Source: Candidatus Falkowbacteria bacterium
GTDB lineage: Bacteria; Patescibacteriota; Patescibacteriia; UBA11705; JABHMO01
Assembly: GCA_018674305.1 (NCBI GenBank)
Contig: JABHAL010000015.1
Location: forward strand, 30,683 to 94,682
Direction of reading: 5' to 3'
DNA: 64,000 nucleotides
The notes under the pieces are model-generated. The model was not told the origin of the DNA. It saw only the letters and a program-made list of their open reading frames with translations, and made no database searches. Positions 38,397 to 49,289 of the stretch are shown here, one piece after another; within the stretch, counting starts at the first letter, position 1, and every line of letters starts with the position of its first letter. The translations under genes were made by a program, and so were the position numbers.

Positions 38397-38513
38397 TAAT
38401 TTTTCTTTTCCGTCTATAGAGCCACCCTGGGGGTTTTGGGGTGAAATTGAGCCCATGAAAGAACCCCAAAGCATACTATTTGTTACGGCGAATTTGAAAC
38501 CCCAACACTTTTT

Positions 38514-38539
38514 GTTACTTTTTGGTGTCAAAAAGTAAC
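38514..38539 (-). terminator. Hairpin (gttacttttt-ggtgtc-aaaaagtaac) downstream of the SPASM gene
   Basis: Perfect 10-bp inverted repeat in the 80-nt gap that breaks the operon. Confidence 0.45.
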
Positions 38540-38548
38540 AAAGTTTTA

Positions 38549-39667
38549 TTAAAACTTAAACTTACACATAGCACAACATCTAAAACATGCCGGGGTGATG
38601 TGCTTGTTTTTAATTAACTCTCTAAATCGCTTGGCTTTCTTAGACTCCCAAGCTTGTTTAATAGTGCCCTCTTTCACATTACCAATAATTATCCCCTGAC
38701 AAAGTTCAATATCTCCATTCTGTCGGATAAATATTTGCCAAAATGGTGAATCGCAATATGATTTATCAGATAAGGGTACACCTTCATAATATTTTTGCAA
38801 ATCACCAGGATCTTGTACATTAACTTGGAACTTGGCCTTCTTCTGCATCTTTTCCAAACCAATAGTTTTGCTTTTTAACTTTTCTATCTGCTCTTTTTCA
38901 AAATAATTTTGTTGTTCAATTGGCATGCCCCAAATATCCTTGCCAGATTTGAACTTATCAGCAAAAATATCATTTTTTCTTTTTAATCCTTCTGGATAAT
39001 AGAAAAATTGACTAACTGACCACTCATCAATCCCCTGCGCTGCTCCAATATTATAAACAGTATCAAAATCATCCAAAGATTCTCGAGAAATTACAGTTCT
39101 GAGATGAATATTAGGAAAATTTTTCCAACCTCTTTGCTTTTTGATTTCTTTAATCCCTGAAAGAGCTTGATCAAACACATTATCAGCTCCACGCACTTTA
39201 TTATGCGTCTTTGGTAGTCCACTATCTAAAGAGACGGCTAAAAACTTAAGCTTTGAATCAATAATCTCCTTAGCTTTAGCTTTTAAAATCGTTCCATTGG
39301 TTGTAATTGAAGTTACCAGTCGATTTTTATTAGCATGTTTAATTACTTCAAAAATATTTGGATAAAGTAGTGGTTCGCCACCAACTAATTGAATAGTTGA
39401 GCCAAAATCCTTGGCTTCATCCAAAGCTTTCTTCACTAATTCAACATCTAAGTCAATTTGATTGCTTTTTTCCAAAAATTTACGCCGTGATTCACTAACA
39501 TGACACATTGGACAGTTCAAATTGCATCTTTCAGTGATAAAAAAAGTTATCTGCACCGGAAATTCAAATTTATAGTACTTTTCTTTTTTAAAATAGTCCT
39601 TTTTTAAATAATTAAAAAAAGTTTTTGGGTTAAATAGTGATATTAATATCTTTTTCCTTATATTCAT
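38549..39667 (-). CDS. Radical SAM / SPASM-domain protein (paralogue 2)
   Basis: ITERCNLNCPMCHV; C-terminal CDSPFW...NGDIELCQGI...CFRCCAMC. Confidence 0.75.
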   Translation of the reverse strand: MNIRKKILISLFNPKTFFNYLKKDYFKKEKYYKFEFPVQITFFITERCNLNCPMCHVSESRRKFLEKSNQIDLDVELVKKALDEAKDFGSTIQLVGGEPLLYPNIFEVIKHANKNRLVTSITTNGTILKAKAKEIIDSKLKFLAVSLDSGLPKTHNKVRGADNVFDQALSGIKEIKKQRGWKNFPNIHLRTVISRESLDDFDTVYNIGAAQGIDEWSVSQFFYYPEGLKRKNDIFADKFKSGKDIWGMPIEQQNYFEKEQIEKLKSKTIGLEKMQKKAKFQVNVQDPGDLQKYYEGVPLSDKSYCDSPFWQIFIRQNGDIELCQGIIIGNVKEGTIKQAWESKKAKRFRELIKNKHITPACFRCCAMCKFKF

Positions 39668-39669
39668 AA

Positions 39670-40560
39670 TTATTTTCTTCCAAAAATTAAATTCAACTGC
39701 GCTGCAATCTTAGACTTATTAACAAAGTCTTTCTCTTCCATCTTCCACCATTTTTCATTACTTAAATATTTATTTAACAGAATTTGAGAAATTTTTACTA
39801 AATGTCCATTATAAATAACCTGTTTCTTATCAAAGTCATGACTTTTAAACTTTTTTTCTAAATCTTCTTCAGCATAATGCCTTAAATGACCAACCTTTTT
39901 GTCATTATAATAGTACATTGGCCAAAGAAATAGCCAAACTCTTTTGTATGTATTTGGTACAACAATATAAATAACATCATTACTAACTCGACACAGTTCT
40001 GAGATTGCCTTCTGATCATCAAACAGATGTTCCAGAACTGAAATTGAAGCTGTAAAATCAATTGCTTTACTTTTCAAAGGTAACTTCTCTACTGTAGCCA
40101 CAAAAAAGAAACATTTATCACCAACACCTTGCTGCTCAGCATATTTACTGGCCTTGATCATTCCTTGCAACGAAATATCAGTTCCAAGACAGTGTCCATA
40201 TTTCTTGGCTTGCTCAATTACTGTATAAGCAGTACCACCAACACCAAAATCACAAAAAACTTTATTCTCTTTTTCAATTTGATTTTCAGAAGCCAAATCC
40301 AATCGCTTGATCATGCTTTTGCGCCAATTTTCTAATTTATATTCAGGCAATTCTGTATACTCTTTATCAAAATATTTACTTTGTGCATCTAATTGTGATT
40401 TTTGATCATCTTTTACATCTGAAGGCAAAAAAACTGGTACTCCCTCAACTACTTCATATTCCCGCTGACAACTTTTACAAATTAATTTGCTATCAAAAGA
40501 TAACTGACCACCACAGTCAACGCACTGAAAATAATGAATAAATTTTTCTATATTCTGCAT
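39670..40560 (-). CDS. Class I SAM-dependent methyltransferase with N-terminal Trm112-like zinc ribbon
   Basis: CVDCGGQL...CKSCQ ribbon; FGVGGTAYT motif I. Confidence 0.65.
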   Translation of the reverse strand: MQNIEKFIHYFQCVDCGGQLSFDSKLICKSCQREYEVVEGVPVFLPSDVKDDQKSQLDAQSKYFDKEYTELPEYKLENWRKSMIKRLDLASENQIEKENKVFCDFGVGGTAYTVIEQAKKYGHCLGTDISLQGMIKASKYAEQQGVGDKCFFFVATVEKLPLKSKAIDFTASISVLEHLFDDQKAISELCRVSNDVIYIVVPNTYKRVWLFLWPMYYYNDKKVGHLRHYAEEDLEKKFKSHDFDKKQVIYNGHLVKISQILLNKYLSNEKWWKMEEKDFVNKSKIAAQLNLIFGRK

Positions 40561-40649
40561 ATTTGTTTTTGTATTTTCTAACTAACCTTTATCAACTTTC
40601 CTTCTTTTTCATTAGTTTTAATCAACTTTATTAACTTCCCTGCCCTTCT

Positions 40650-41669
40650 CTACTTACTAACCCACCACGGTGATTTGTAATGAAAATTATACTGACAATT
40701 AACACATATTGGAATATGTCCAAACTCTTTTTTAAGATGATTTTGTCTAATCAATTCTAATCTTTGTCCTCCCCAAACTTCCATGATCGTTTGACTGTTA
40801 ATATCACCTAACTCAACTTTAGCTTCATAATCATTACAACAAAGTGGTACTTTGCCATCCCAATTAATAACCATATCCATCCAAAGCAACCGACAAGGAT
40901 CTCGTAGCAAACTTTTTTTGTAAATAAATTCTTTACTCTCAATATCACCAGTCCAATTGTGAATCAATGAAACTGAAACACCATCAACCAAACCTTTCCA
41001 TTCCTGAATATACCTTTTCACTTCATGTTTATTATCATCACTTTCCACAAAACTTAAATATATTTTTGTTGTAGAGTTTTTATCATTACGAAGCCGCACA
41101 AAATTCAAAATATTTTTCTTTGTGCTATTAAAATCCAGATTGCATCTTATCTTTTTGTAAGTTTCTTCACTAGCAGCATCAAAGGAGATATAAACTTCAT
41201 CAATGCCAGATTCAAGCAACTCTCTAGCTTTATCAGAGTTTAATAATGAAGCATTAGTATTGGTTGTTACTCTTTTCAAACCTGCTTGTTTGGCATATTG
41301 AATTCTTTCAATAAAATCCTTATCCATTAATGGTTCGCCAAAACCATACACAGTTACATAATCAATACTGTTCCTTGCACATTGATCAATAATCTTTTTA
41401 TACAAATCCAGAGACATAAAGCCAACCTTTCTTTGCATTTTTCCGTGTGGGCAAAACGAACAGTTAGCATTGCAAGCATTAGTATTTTCAATCATCACTC
41501 GATGAGGTTTCTTTGCAAACTTTTCTATTTTCTTTTTTATTTCCTTTTGATACTTAGCCTGATAGATTTTACTATTTACAATAAATTCACGAGACAAAAT
41601 AAAAGATATAAACCTTTTCAAGGCTCTATTATATATTATTAAATCAAACATTAAATCACGTTTACGCAT
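40650..41669 (-). CDS. Radical SAM / SPASM-domain protein (paralogue 3)
   Basis: ENTNACNANCSFCPHG; C-terminal CRLLW...WDGKVPLCCNDY...CVNCQ. Confidence 0.75.
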   Translation of the reverse strand: MRKRDLMFDLIIYNRALKRFISFILSREFIVNSKIYQAKYQKEIKKKIEKFAKKPHRVMIENTNACNANCSFCPHGKMQRKVGFMSLDLYKKIIDQCARNSIDYVTVYGFGEPLMDKDFIERIQYAKQAGLKRVTTNTNASLLNSDKARELLESGIDEVYISFDAASEETYKKIRCNLDFNSTKKNILNFVRLRNDKNSTTKIYLSFVESDDNKHEVKRYIQEWKGLVDGVSVSLIHNWTGDIESKEFIYKKSLLRDPCRLLWMDMVINWDGKVPLCCNDYEAKVELGDINSQTIMEVWGGQRLELIRQNHLKKEFGHIPICVNCQYNFHYKSPWWVSK

Positions 41670-41671
41670 AT

Positions 41672-43645
41672 TTATTCGTAGTAAGCTTTTTCAATATGAG
41701 CGCCATTCTGTTCACTAAACCTTTCTTCAGCATATGGCCTACAATTTGCAGTCAACCGGTCTAATTCTTCTTTATTATTTTTTAAATATAATATTTTTTC
41801 TTTAACATTTTCTAATGATGGATCAATCAAAAACCCAACTTCAGGTGTTATCATAAATGGCAAACAACCTCTATTCGATGAAATTAACGGACGACCAGAT
41901 GAAAATGTTTCTAATACAACTCTTGCAAAACCTTCTTCATACTGTGATGGCAAAGCTACAGCATCGGCAGAGCCATAATATGGTGGTACTTCTTCTGGCG
42001 ACTTTCTACCAACAGCAAAAATATTTGACTGCTTCTTACCTAATTCTTTGATCTCTTCTTCCATTGGCCCATCACCAACAAATACAAAATTAATATCTAT
42101 TTCTTCTTTGGCGATATCAAGCAAAACCTTTGCACCTTTCTTTTCAATCAAACGACCAACAAAGGTTATTGTAAATCGATCAGGAATACCAATCTGTTTT
42201 CTAGCTTCTTGTTTATTGTAAGGTTTGAAATTATCCTGATCACACCATTGAATATATATATCCAAAATTTCAGCCGGTAATTTGGCTTTTAGTAAATCCT
42301 GACGAGATGGTTCTTCCAAACAGAAAACCATAGTAAATCTTTTCAAAATCCAATGACAAACCTTTGTTAACCATCCTTTTCCAAAACCATAAATCGCATG
42401 CATACTACCAATCAAGCGAACTTTGAAAAGTCGAGATAATAAATTGGCACAAAACGCTGCTGCAAAACCATGAGCATGGATCACTTGCCATTTGGCTTTT
42501 TTACCTGCAAACAATCGATAGAAAAAAGTAAACACAAGCAGTCCTGGTACTAAATAAGCAAATTGTAGCGGGGCAAACTTTTCAAATCGATGAAAAAGAG
42601 TTTTGCCAAACCATGGGATACGATAAATCGTTAAATTTTCAGCAGTTTCTTTGAATTTTGCTTTGACTCTGGTTGTCAGAGGTTTATAAGTAATAATTGT
42701 CACTTGCCAATTCTGTTTAAGAAGATAACTTTGCAAATCTGCAATATGAGTTTCCACACCACCAGTATTTGGCAATAAAAATGGTGATAAAATTAATACT
42801 TTTTTTGGCTCTTTTGATTCCATATTATTTGTTTTTTTATGTCTGAAAATAAATTTAAGTCCAACTAAAAAGCGCAATCCATACATTCCCAAAGTTGAAA
42901 TCGGCTTAATCAATAACTTTTTCCATTTCCCTTTTTCAATAAAAATCCCCAAGAACCGATAGTACAAACCGAGCTGTTTTTGCAAATCAGGATCAGTCAT
43001 CCCCCACTTGGCAATATATTTATCAAAACTTTTTGCATAATACCCCTTTTTCTGTAAATAACTTTTTAATTCTATTTCTGACTCATTATGATCAAGTGCT
43101 GTTTTAATCAGAGCTGTTTTTCCTTTTTGTCGAAGTTTTTTATCCAAATCCCAATCTTCTGGTCCTGTGAAGTTCAGATCAAAACCACCAACTTCTTGAA
43201 AAGTTTGTTTTTTTATAAATCTTGCACAGTCAACAACTGTACCATCATAAAAACTTCTTTCAAATCGCCTGATTTGACTTAGGAACTTATCACCCATAAC
43301 AACCTCAGGCACATACAAACCAACAATTGCCGTATCTTTTTTTATTAACTCGACACATTCTGTAATTACTTCTGGTCGAAGGATCATATCAGCATCCAAA
43401 TACATAAAATACTCACCTCTGGACTGATCAACACCAAAATTTCGCTGCGCTGATCGTTCTGGACCTTGATTAAAAACTTTTTCAGTGTACTGTTTCGCAA
43501 TTGCAGCGGTTTTATCATCAGAATTATTATCAACCACAATAATTTCAATTAAATGCTTGGGATAAGTTTGATCTCTTATTGAACGAAGACAGTTCTCAAT
43601 ATGTTTTTCTTCATTCTTGGTTGTGATTATAGCTGAGACAAACAT
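41672..43645 (-). CDS. Bifunctional GT2 (N-terminal) – GT1 (C-terminal) glycosyltransferase fusion
   Basis: IITTKNEEKHI...IIVVDNNSDDKT at the N-terminus; GT-B EX7E-like region (GRPLISSNRGCLPFMI) at the C-terminus. Confidence 0.7.
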   Translation of the reverse strand: MFVSAIITTKNEEKHIENCLRSIRDQTYPKHLIEIIVVDNNSDDKTAAIAKQYTEKVFNQGPERSAQRNFGVDQSRGEYFMYLDADMILRPEVITECVELIKKDTAIVGLYVPEVVMGDKFLSQIRRFERSFYDGTVVDCARFIKKQTFQEVGGFDLNFTGPEDWDLDKKLRQKGKTALIKTALDHNESEIELKSYLQKKGYYAKSFDKYIAKWGMTDPDLQKQLGLYYRFLGIFIEKGKWKKLLIKPISTLGMYGLRFLVGLKFIFRHKKTNNMESKEPKKVLILSPFLLPNTGGVETHIADLQSYLLKQNWQVTIITYKPLTTRVKAKFKETAENLTIYRIPWFGKTLFHRFEKFAPLQFAYLVPGLLVFTFFYRLFAGKKAKWQVIHAHGFAAAFCANLLSRLFKVRLIGSMHAIYGFGKGWLTKVCHWILKRFTMVFCLEEPSRQDLLKAKLPAEILDIYIQWCDQDNFKPYNKQEARKQIGIPDRFTITFVGRLIEKKGAKVLLDIAKEEIDINFVFVGDGPMEEEIKELGKKQSNIFAVGRKSPEEVPPYYGSADAVALPSQYEEGFARVVLETFSSGRPLISSNRGCLPFMITPEVGFLIDPSLENVKEKILYLKNNKEELDRLTANCRPYAEERFSEQNGAHIEKAYYE

Positions 43646-43652
43646 ATATCGT

Positions 43653-45113
43653 TTATTTGCGATTTTTAAAATCAGCCAAATGACTAAACACCTTTTTTGC
43701 TGAAGTTAATAAATATTTAATATCATCCATACTTCTTATTGAAAATAACTTTCGAACAATAAATTGAGGGCTCATCCAAGCTTTATATAGTTGCTGTGTG
43801 AAGTTTTTCACATCCTCTGTTGTTAATTCGCTTTTCATGACCTGTTCACGCTGATCAAACCGATCGTAATCTTTGAATCTAAGTAGATCGTTTTCCTTAC
43901 AGTATTTATAAAGTGGTGTGCCGGGATATGGAATTACAACTGTGGCCTGAAGAGTGTCAACAAGACCGCCCTGAAATAGTTTTTTGGCCAAATCGATAGT
44001 ACGCTGAGCATCGACCTTGGTTTCCCATGGATATCCAATCATGGCCGTAATATGAGGTTCAAGTCCGGCCTCTTTACAAATTTTTAGGCCGGGTTCAATT
44101 TCCTCTATTTTTAAATTTTTATCAATTTTATCTAAAGTTACTTGATTCGCAGATTCTAATCCGAATAAAACAAATCTAAAACCAGCTTTTTTCATTAAGT
44201 GCCATATTTTTATATCATCAATTCCATTAATCCGCATATTGCAACTCATGACCACCTTTTTATTTAAGCCACTCTCTATCATACCATTGCAAAAATCAAT
44301 TAGCCAATCGCCAATTGGTAAACTGCCAGAATCCTCCATGATTTCTTTAACACCCAGAGAAACTAAATGTTCAACTTCATCCAAAGCTTGCTCAGCGGTT
44401 CTGGTTCTAAAAGATTTACCAGGGAAAAAAGTAGTCCAAGAACAAAATGTGCATCTTCCCCACCAACAATCTCGACCACTCATCATATAGGAACCTGGTG
44501 TATGTTTGAAATTACCATTCTTTTCTGAATAAAGTTTCCATTTGGTTAATTCTCGATCAATCATTGGTAAATTAGTCAATTTATTCTCATGTAAATTGTA
44601 TTCTCCACTATTTGTGACTTTCCTTTCTTCTTTGAAATAAATACCAGGCGTTAGTGAAGCACCTTTACTTAAATGATTAGCAATGCCAAGAAGCATAAAA
44701 TCAAAATCACCACCAACGATAACATAATCAACTAAGCATTTTTCAAAAGATTCCAAAGGTCGAGCTGTTGCATGGTCTCCCATTAAAACAATTTTTGAAT
44801 CTGGTAAGCTTTTTTTTATTTCATCAATTATTTGCCAATGTTTTTTCACAACTGGTGTTTTGGTTTCAATAGCAATCACATCCGGCTTTTCAGCAATCAA
44901 TCTCATTAGCCAGTCATTATAACTTAACTCTTCAGCAATTCCATCATCCCAAAAAACCTCAAACCCCTTTGACTGTAACAAAGTTCCTGCATACGCAGGA
45001 ATCATTGGGTAAATATAGGTTGGACTATTGAACCATTGAAATTGCCGATTCTGAGTCAGTAAGGGTACGCCCTTGGGCGATTCTAATGGAGGAAAGGATA
45101 TTGAAATTTTCAT
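43653..45113 (-). CDS. B12-binding radical SAM enzyme with unusual Cx4CxxC cluster spacing
   Basis: Cobalamin-binding N-terminal domain (VIAIETKTPVVKK...); SGRDCWWGRCTFCSW. Confidence 0.7.
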   Translation of the reverse strand: MKISISFPPLESPKGVPLLTQNRQFQWFNSPTYIYPMIPAYAGTLLQSKGFEVFWDDGIAEELSYNDWLMRLIAEKPDVIAIETKTPVVKKHWQIIDEIKKSLPDSKIVLMGDHATARPLESFEKCLVDYVIVGGDFDFMLLGIANHLSKGASLTPGIYFKEERKVTNSGEYNLHENKLTNLPMIDRELTKWKLYSEKNGNFKHTPGSYMMSGRDCWWGRCTFCSWTTFFPGKSFRTRTAEQALDEVEHLVSLGVKEIMEDSGSLPIGDWLIDFCNGMIESGLNKKVVMSCNMRINGIDDIKIWHLMKKAGFRFVLFGLESANQVTLDKIDKNLKIEEIEPGLKICKEAGLEPHITAMIGYPWETKVDAQRTIDLAKKLFQGGLVDTLQATVVIPYPGTPLYKYCKENDLLRFKDYDRFDQREQVMKSELTTEDVKNFTQQLYKAWMSPQFIVRKLFSIRSMDDIKYLLTSAKKVFSHLADFKNRK

Positions 45114-45124
45114 ACTTTTTAAAA

Positions 45125-46096
45125 TTATCGTAAACTGATTTTTATTTGTTTTTTAAATAAACCTTTTATAAAATTACTTCCGTAAGCAATATGGGTTCCG
45201 AAAATATATGGCAAAGCCACAAATGCTACTGATCTTTTTTCATGCTTTCTAATATCAAAAAAAGCTTTAATTAACGCTAGTACATAAATAAATAAACCTG
45301 CAATATATGGCCATAGTAGCCATTCAATTTGCAAACTGACTATCAAACCAACTACAATATAAACTAGAAATAAACTTGGTAAGAAATACTTAAACCTCCT
45401 TGAAGTTTTAGGGAATTTTCGAGCAAAATGACCTCTATGCAAACCATAAGCGCCAACCTGTTTCATATGTCGCCAAAAACCTTCGCGACGATGATGATAA
45501 ACTAAAGCTTCTGGTAAATACAGTATTTTTTTACCAGTTTTTTTGATCAGCTCCAAACAGAACAGAGTATCCTCTCCTGGCCAATAATTACTATCAAAAC
45601 CACCAACCATTTCAAAGACATTTTTTCTGACTGACAAATTAACACTTGGCCAATCGTCAACAAATCTTTTTTCACCAATTGGCACATATCTTTCCGGACA
45701 CCCGCCAGACAAAGGACTTAAAAAAACTGCGCCAGAAACTTTTTGTTGAAAACTATTGTGCTTAGGTGTAATCGCTGGACCACCTACGGCAACAATTTCC
45801 TGATCAGCAAACTCAGCATCTAACTTTTTAAGGAAATCAATGTTTGGATAAGCATCATCATCAATAAAAATTAAAACTTCTCCCTGAGCTTCTTTAATTG
45901 CCAAACTTCGTTTCATTGCTGGACCTCCAGGGCCTGTTGCTACTTGCTTTGTTTTTGTCCAGGTTTCTGAACTGGATTCGTCAGGGAAAATTATAATTTC
46001 ATAATCATCGCGGTTAATTTTAAGGATCTTTGGAATTGATTCCCTAATATACTCATTGATTTTCTTAACCGGAACTATGAAGCTATATTTTATCAT
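45125..46096 (-). CDS. Glycosyltransferase family 2 with C-terminal TM helices
   Basis: FIVPVKKINEYI...IFIDDDAYP; 2-3 C-terminal TM helices. Confidence 0.7.
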   Translation of the reverse strand: MIKYSFIVPVKKINEYIRESIPKILKINRDDYEIIIFPDESSSETWTKTKQVATGPGGPAMKRSLAIKEAQGEVLIFIDDDAYPNIDFLKKLDAEFADQEIVAVGGPAITPKHNSFQQKVSGAVFLSPLSGGCPERYVPIGEKRFVDDWPSVNLSVRKNVFEMVGGFDSNYWPGEDTLFCLELIKKTGKKILYLPEALVYHHRREGFWRHMKQVGAYGLHRGHFARKFPKTSRRFKYFLPSLFLVYIVVGLIVSLQIEWLLWPYIAGLFIYVLALIKAFFDIRKHEKRSVAFVALPYIFGTHIAYGSNFIKGLFKKQIKISLR

Positions 46097-46099
46097 ATA

Positions 46100-47389
46100 T
46101 TATCTACCTATACCGAAATAATTAAATCCAAGATCTTTCATTTCTTCAGGCTCAAAAATATTTCGACCATCAATTATTACATCGCCCTTCATAATTGAAC
46201 GCAAAGCTCGAATATCAAGTTGTTTGAATTCATTCCAATCAGTAATAATCAAAAGTGCATCACATTCTTTAGCTGTATCATACGGACAGCTCGAATAATA
46301 AATATTAGGAAATATTTTTTTAGCATTAGTTACAGCTACTGGATCATAAGCTCTGATATTAACATTGTGTTCAATTAATTTTTTGATAATACTCACAGCT
46401 GGGGCAGATCTAATGTCATCAGTGTTCGGTTTGAAGGCCAATCCCCAAAGTCCAATGGTTTTTTGTGATAAATCGGATATTTGATTTTTTAACTTTCCGT
46501 ATAAAATTAATTTCATTTCTTCATTTACTTCTTCGACTTGATTTAGAATTGTAAAGTTGTGATTGTTTACTTGCCCTATTTTAATCAAAGCTTGTACATC
46601 TTTTGGAAAACAAGATCCACCATAACCACAACCAGCATGCAGAAATGATTGTTTACCAATTCTCTTGTCAAATCGAACACCTTCTGAAACTTTTTTTACA
46701 TCAGCACCTACTTTTTCACAGATTAACGCAATACTATTTATAAACGAAATACTCGTAGCCAAAAAAGCGTTTGATGCATACTTGATCATTTCTGCACTTT
46801 TTAAATCTGTGATAACAATTGGACAATTTAATGGCTCATATATTTTTTTCATTTTTTCAATTGCTTGCTTACCATTATCACTACCCAAAACAATTCTGTC
46901 AGGTTGTATGAAGTCTTGAATAGCTGAACCTTCACGCAGAAATTCTGGATTAGAAATTACATCAAATTCTCCAGCATAGTATTTTTTTATAATTTGTGAA
47001 ATTAGGTTACCTGTTCCTATTGGTACTGTACTTTTATTGATAATGATTTTATAACCATTTATACTTTTACCTATCTCATGAGCAACTGCTTCTACATATT
47101 GTAAATCAGCTTCACCATTTTCCTTTGATGGAGTCCCAACAGCAATATATATTATTTCTGTTTGTTCAATGTTTTCCTTTAAATTTGTATGAAACTTTAA
47201 CCTACCAGACTCAAAATTTCTTTTTACTAAATCTTCTAATCCTGGTTCGTAGATTGGAATAATTCCATTTTTCAAATCTTGAATTTTATTTTCATCAATA
47301 TCAATACAAGTGACAATATTTCCTAGATCTGCCAAGCATGTACCTGTCACTAAACCAACATAACCTGTCCCTATTACAATAATTTTCAT
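46100..47389 (-). CDS. ugd: UDP-glucose 6-dehydrogenase
   Basis: [19 protein letters not shown]-binding fold and catalytic GGSCFPKD. Confidence 0.85.
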   Translation of the reverse strand: MKIIVIGTGYVGLVTGTCLADLGNIVTCIDIDENKIQDLKNGIIPIYEPGLEDLVKRNFESGRLKFHTNLKENIEQTEIIYIAVGTPSKENGEADLQYVEAVAHEIGKSINGYKIIINKSTVPIGTGNLISQIIKKYYAGEFDVISNPEFLREGSAIQDFIQPDRIVLGSDNGKQAIEKMKKIYEPLNCPIVITDLKSAEMIKYASNAFLATSISFINSIALICEKVGADVKKVSEGVRFDKRIGKQSFLHAGCGYGGSCFPKDVQALIKIGQVNNHNFTILNQVEEVNEEMKLILYGKLKNQISDLSQKTIGLWGLAFKPNTDDIRSAPAVSIIKKLIEHNVNIRAYDPVAVTNAKKIFPNIYYSSCPYDTAKECDALLIITDWNEFKQLDIRALRSIMKGDVIIDGRNIFEPEEMKDLGFNYFGIGR

Positions 47390-48333
47390 ATACCTGTAAC
47401 TATATTCTTAAAATACTCAATAGTGTTTATTAAACCTTGTTCAAGCTGAATGTTTGGTTCCCAATTTAATTTATCTTTGGCTAAATTTATGTCGGGCTTT
47501 CGTTGAAGTGGATCATCCATTGGTAATGCTTTGTAAATAATTTGGCTAGTTGAGCCTGGTAGTAATCTTAAAACATTTTCAGCCAACTGTTTTATAGTAA
47601 ATTCAACAGGATTACCTAAATTCACAGGCCCAATAAAATTTTGTTCATTGTTCATCATTAAAATCATACCATTAATTAGATCATCAACGTATTGAAAAGA
47701 TCTTGTTTGAGAACCATCACCGTAAATTGTCATTGGTTGATTTTGTAATGCTTGAACAATAAAATTAGAGACTACTCGCCCATCATTTGGATGCATATTT
47801 GGACCATAGGTGTTAAAAATCCTAATTATTCTAATATCTATCTTGTTTTGCCTATGATAGTCCATAAATAAGCATTCTGAAGCTCTCTTGCCCTCATCAT
47901 AACAAGATCGAATCCCAATTGGATTGACATGTCCCCAATATGACTCTGTTTGAGGATGCACACTTGGATTACCATAAACTTCTGAAGTTGATGCTTGCAA
48001 AATTCGAGCATTTACTCGTTTAGCCAGTCCGAGCATGTTAATCGCCCCTGAAACACAAGTTTTTATAGTTTTGATTGGATTGTATTGATAGTGAACCGGT
48101 GACGCGGGACAAGCCAAATTGTAAATTTGATCGACCTCCAACCAAATCGGATTGGTAATATCATGACGAATAAATTCAAAATTTTCATGACTCATCAACT
48201 TATAAACGTTGTCTTTTCCACCAGTGAATAAATTATCCAAACAAATGACATCATCACCTTGCGATAATAATCTCCTGCAAAGATGTGATCCTACAAAACC
48301 AGCCCCCCCTGTTACCAAAATTCTTTTTCTCAT
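47386..48333 (-). CDS. uxs: UDP-glucuronate decarboxylase (UDP-xylose synthase)
   Basis: [23 protein letters not shown] and the UXS-characteristic [16 protein letters not shown]. Confidence 0.75.
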   Translation of the reverse strand: MRKRILVTGGAGFVGSHLCRRLLSQGDDVICLDNLFTGGKDNVYKLMSHENFEFIRHDITNPIWLEVDQIYNLACPASPVHYQYNPIKTIKTCVSGAINMLGLAKRVNARILQASTSEVYGNPSVHPQTESYWGHVNPIGIRSCYDEGKRASECLFMDYHRQNKIDIRIIRIFNTYGPNMHPNDGRVVSNFIVQALQNQPMTIYGDGSQTRSFQYVDDLINGMILMMNNEQNFIGPVNLGNPVEFTIKQLAENVLRLLPGSTSQIIYKALPMDDPLQRKPDINLAKDKLNWEPNIQLEQGLINTIEYFKNIVTGI

Positions 48334-49289
48334 AAATCTGTATCAAAATTATTTTTTTTCTTAATTATATATAAAGGTCTGTTGTTAACCTCTTGATGAA
48401 TATTGCCAATATACAAAGCAATTAGACCGATACTACACAGAAATACACCCATCAAAAATAAAATCAGAATAGATATTTGAGCCATATTAGAGAAGTGCAT
48501 TTCTAAAGGGTCATGCAAAAAATGCATCTCAACCAACATAAACATTCCAACGAGAGAGGAAAAAATAGTTATAATGACGCCCAAATAACCTGCTAGTTTT
48601 AAGGGAAATAAACTATGAGTGATAAAAGAATTAAAAGCTAACTTCATTAACTTACAAAATCCGTAGTTCGCCTTGCCTGCAAATCTTTTGTTAGCCGTAA
48701 ACTTGACGTACTCTCTCTTGAATCCAAGCCAATCGATCAAAACTCTAGTTATCCTATTTTTTTCATTAAATTTATTAAACTCATCTATTACTTGTCTATC
48801 AATCAAACGAAAATCGGTTTCTCTAGGAAGAATTTTCGTTTCACTTATTAAGTTCATGATTTTGTAAAAGAAAAATGATCCTGATTGTTTAATCCACCCT
48901 TCTCCCTTGTTTTTTTCTCTAATACCAACCACAATATCATTGTTTTGTTGCCATTTATTTATAAATTCAGGGATTAGTGCAGGTGGATGTTGTAAATCAG
49001 CATCGACTATTATAGCGCAATCACCTTTTGACTGTTTTAACCCCGCGGAAGTTGCCAATTCCTTTCCAAAATTTCTAGAAAATTCAATATATTTGATGCG
49101 ATTATCTGACTTTGATAGCTTTTTCACAATATTAAATGATTGATCTGTACTACCATCATTTATAAAAATAAATTCAAAATTGAAGGGCAATGGTTGGATT
49201 ACTTTTGTTAATTCAAAATAAAGCTTTTCCAAATTGGCTTCTTCATTATAAAGGGGAATTATTAAGGAAATTAATTTATTGTCTGACAT
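48330..49289 (-). CDS. GT2 polyprenyl-phosphate sugar transferase (DPM1/GtrB/ArnC-like) with C-terminal TM helices
   Basis: [15 protein letters not shown]...[10 protein letters not shown]; 2 C-terminal TM helices. Confidence 0.7.
   Translation of the reverse strand: MSDNKLISLIIPLYNEEANLEKLYFELTKVIQPLPFNFEFIFINDGSTDQSFNIVKKLSKSDNRIKYIEFSRNFGKELATSAGLKQSKGDCAIIVDADLQHPPALIPEFINKWQQNNDIVVGIREKNKGEGWIKQSGSFFFYKIMNLISETKILPRETDFRLIDRQVIDEFNKFNEKNRITRVLIDWLGFKREYVKFTANKRFAGKANYGFCKLMKLAFNSFITHSLFPLKLAGYLGVIITIFSSLVGMFMLVEMHFLHDPLEMHFSNMAQISILILFLMGVFLCSIGLIALYIGNIHQEVNNRPLYIIKKKNNFDTDL

Noticed and set aside
38436-38447. GGGGTTTTGGGG as a telomere repeat
   Set aside because: It is a single copy in a bacterial intergenic leader; a G-rich coincidence or structural motif, not a telomere.
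38397-38469. N-terminal extension MGFFHGLNFTPKPPGWLYRRKRKI of the B12-rSAM ORF
   Set aside because: It derives from a GC-rich non-coding patch; the conserved B12-domain start (MLDILFIYPP) with an upstream purine-rich ribosome-binding site is at 38396.
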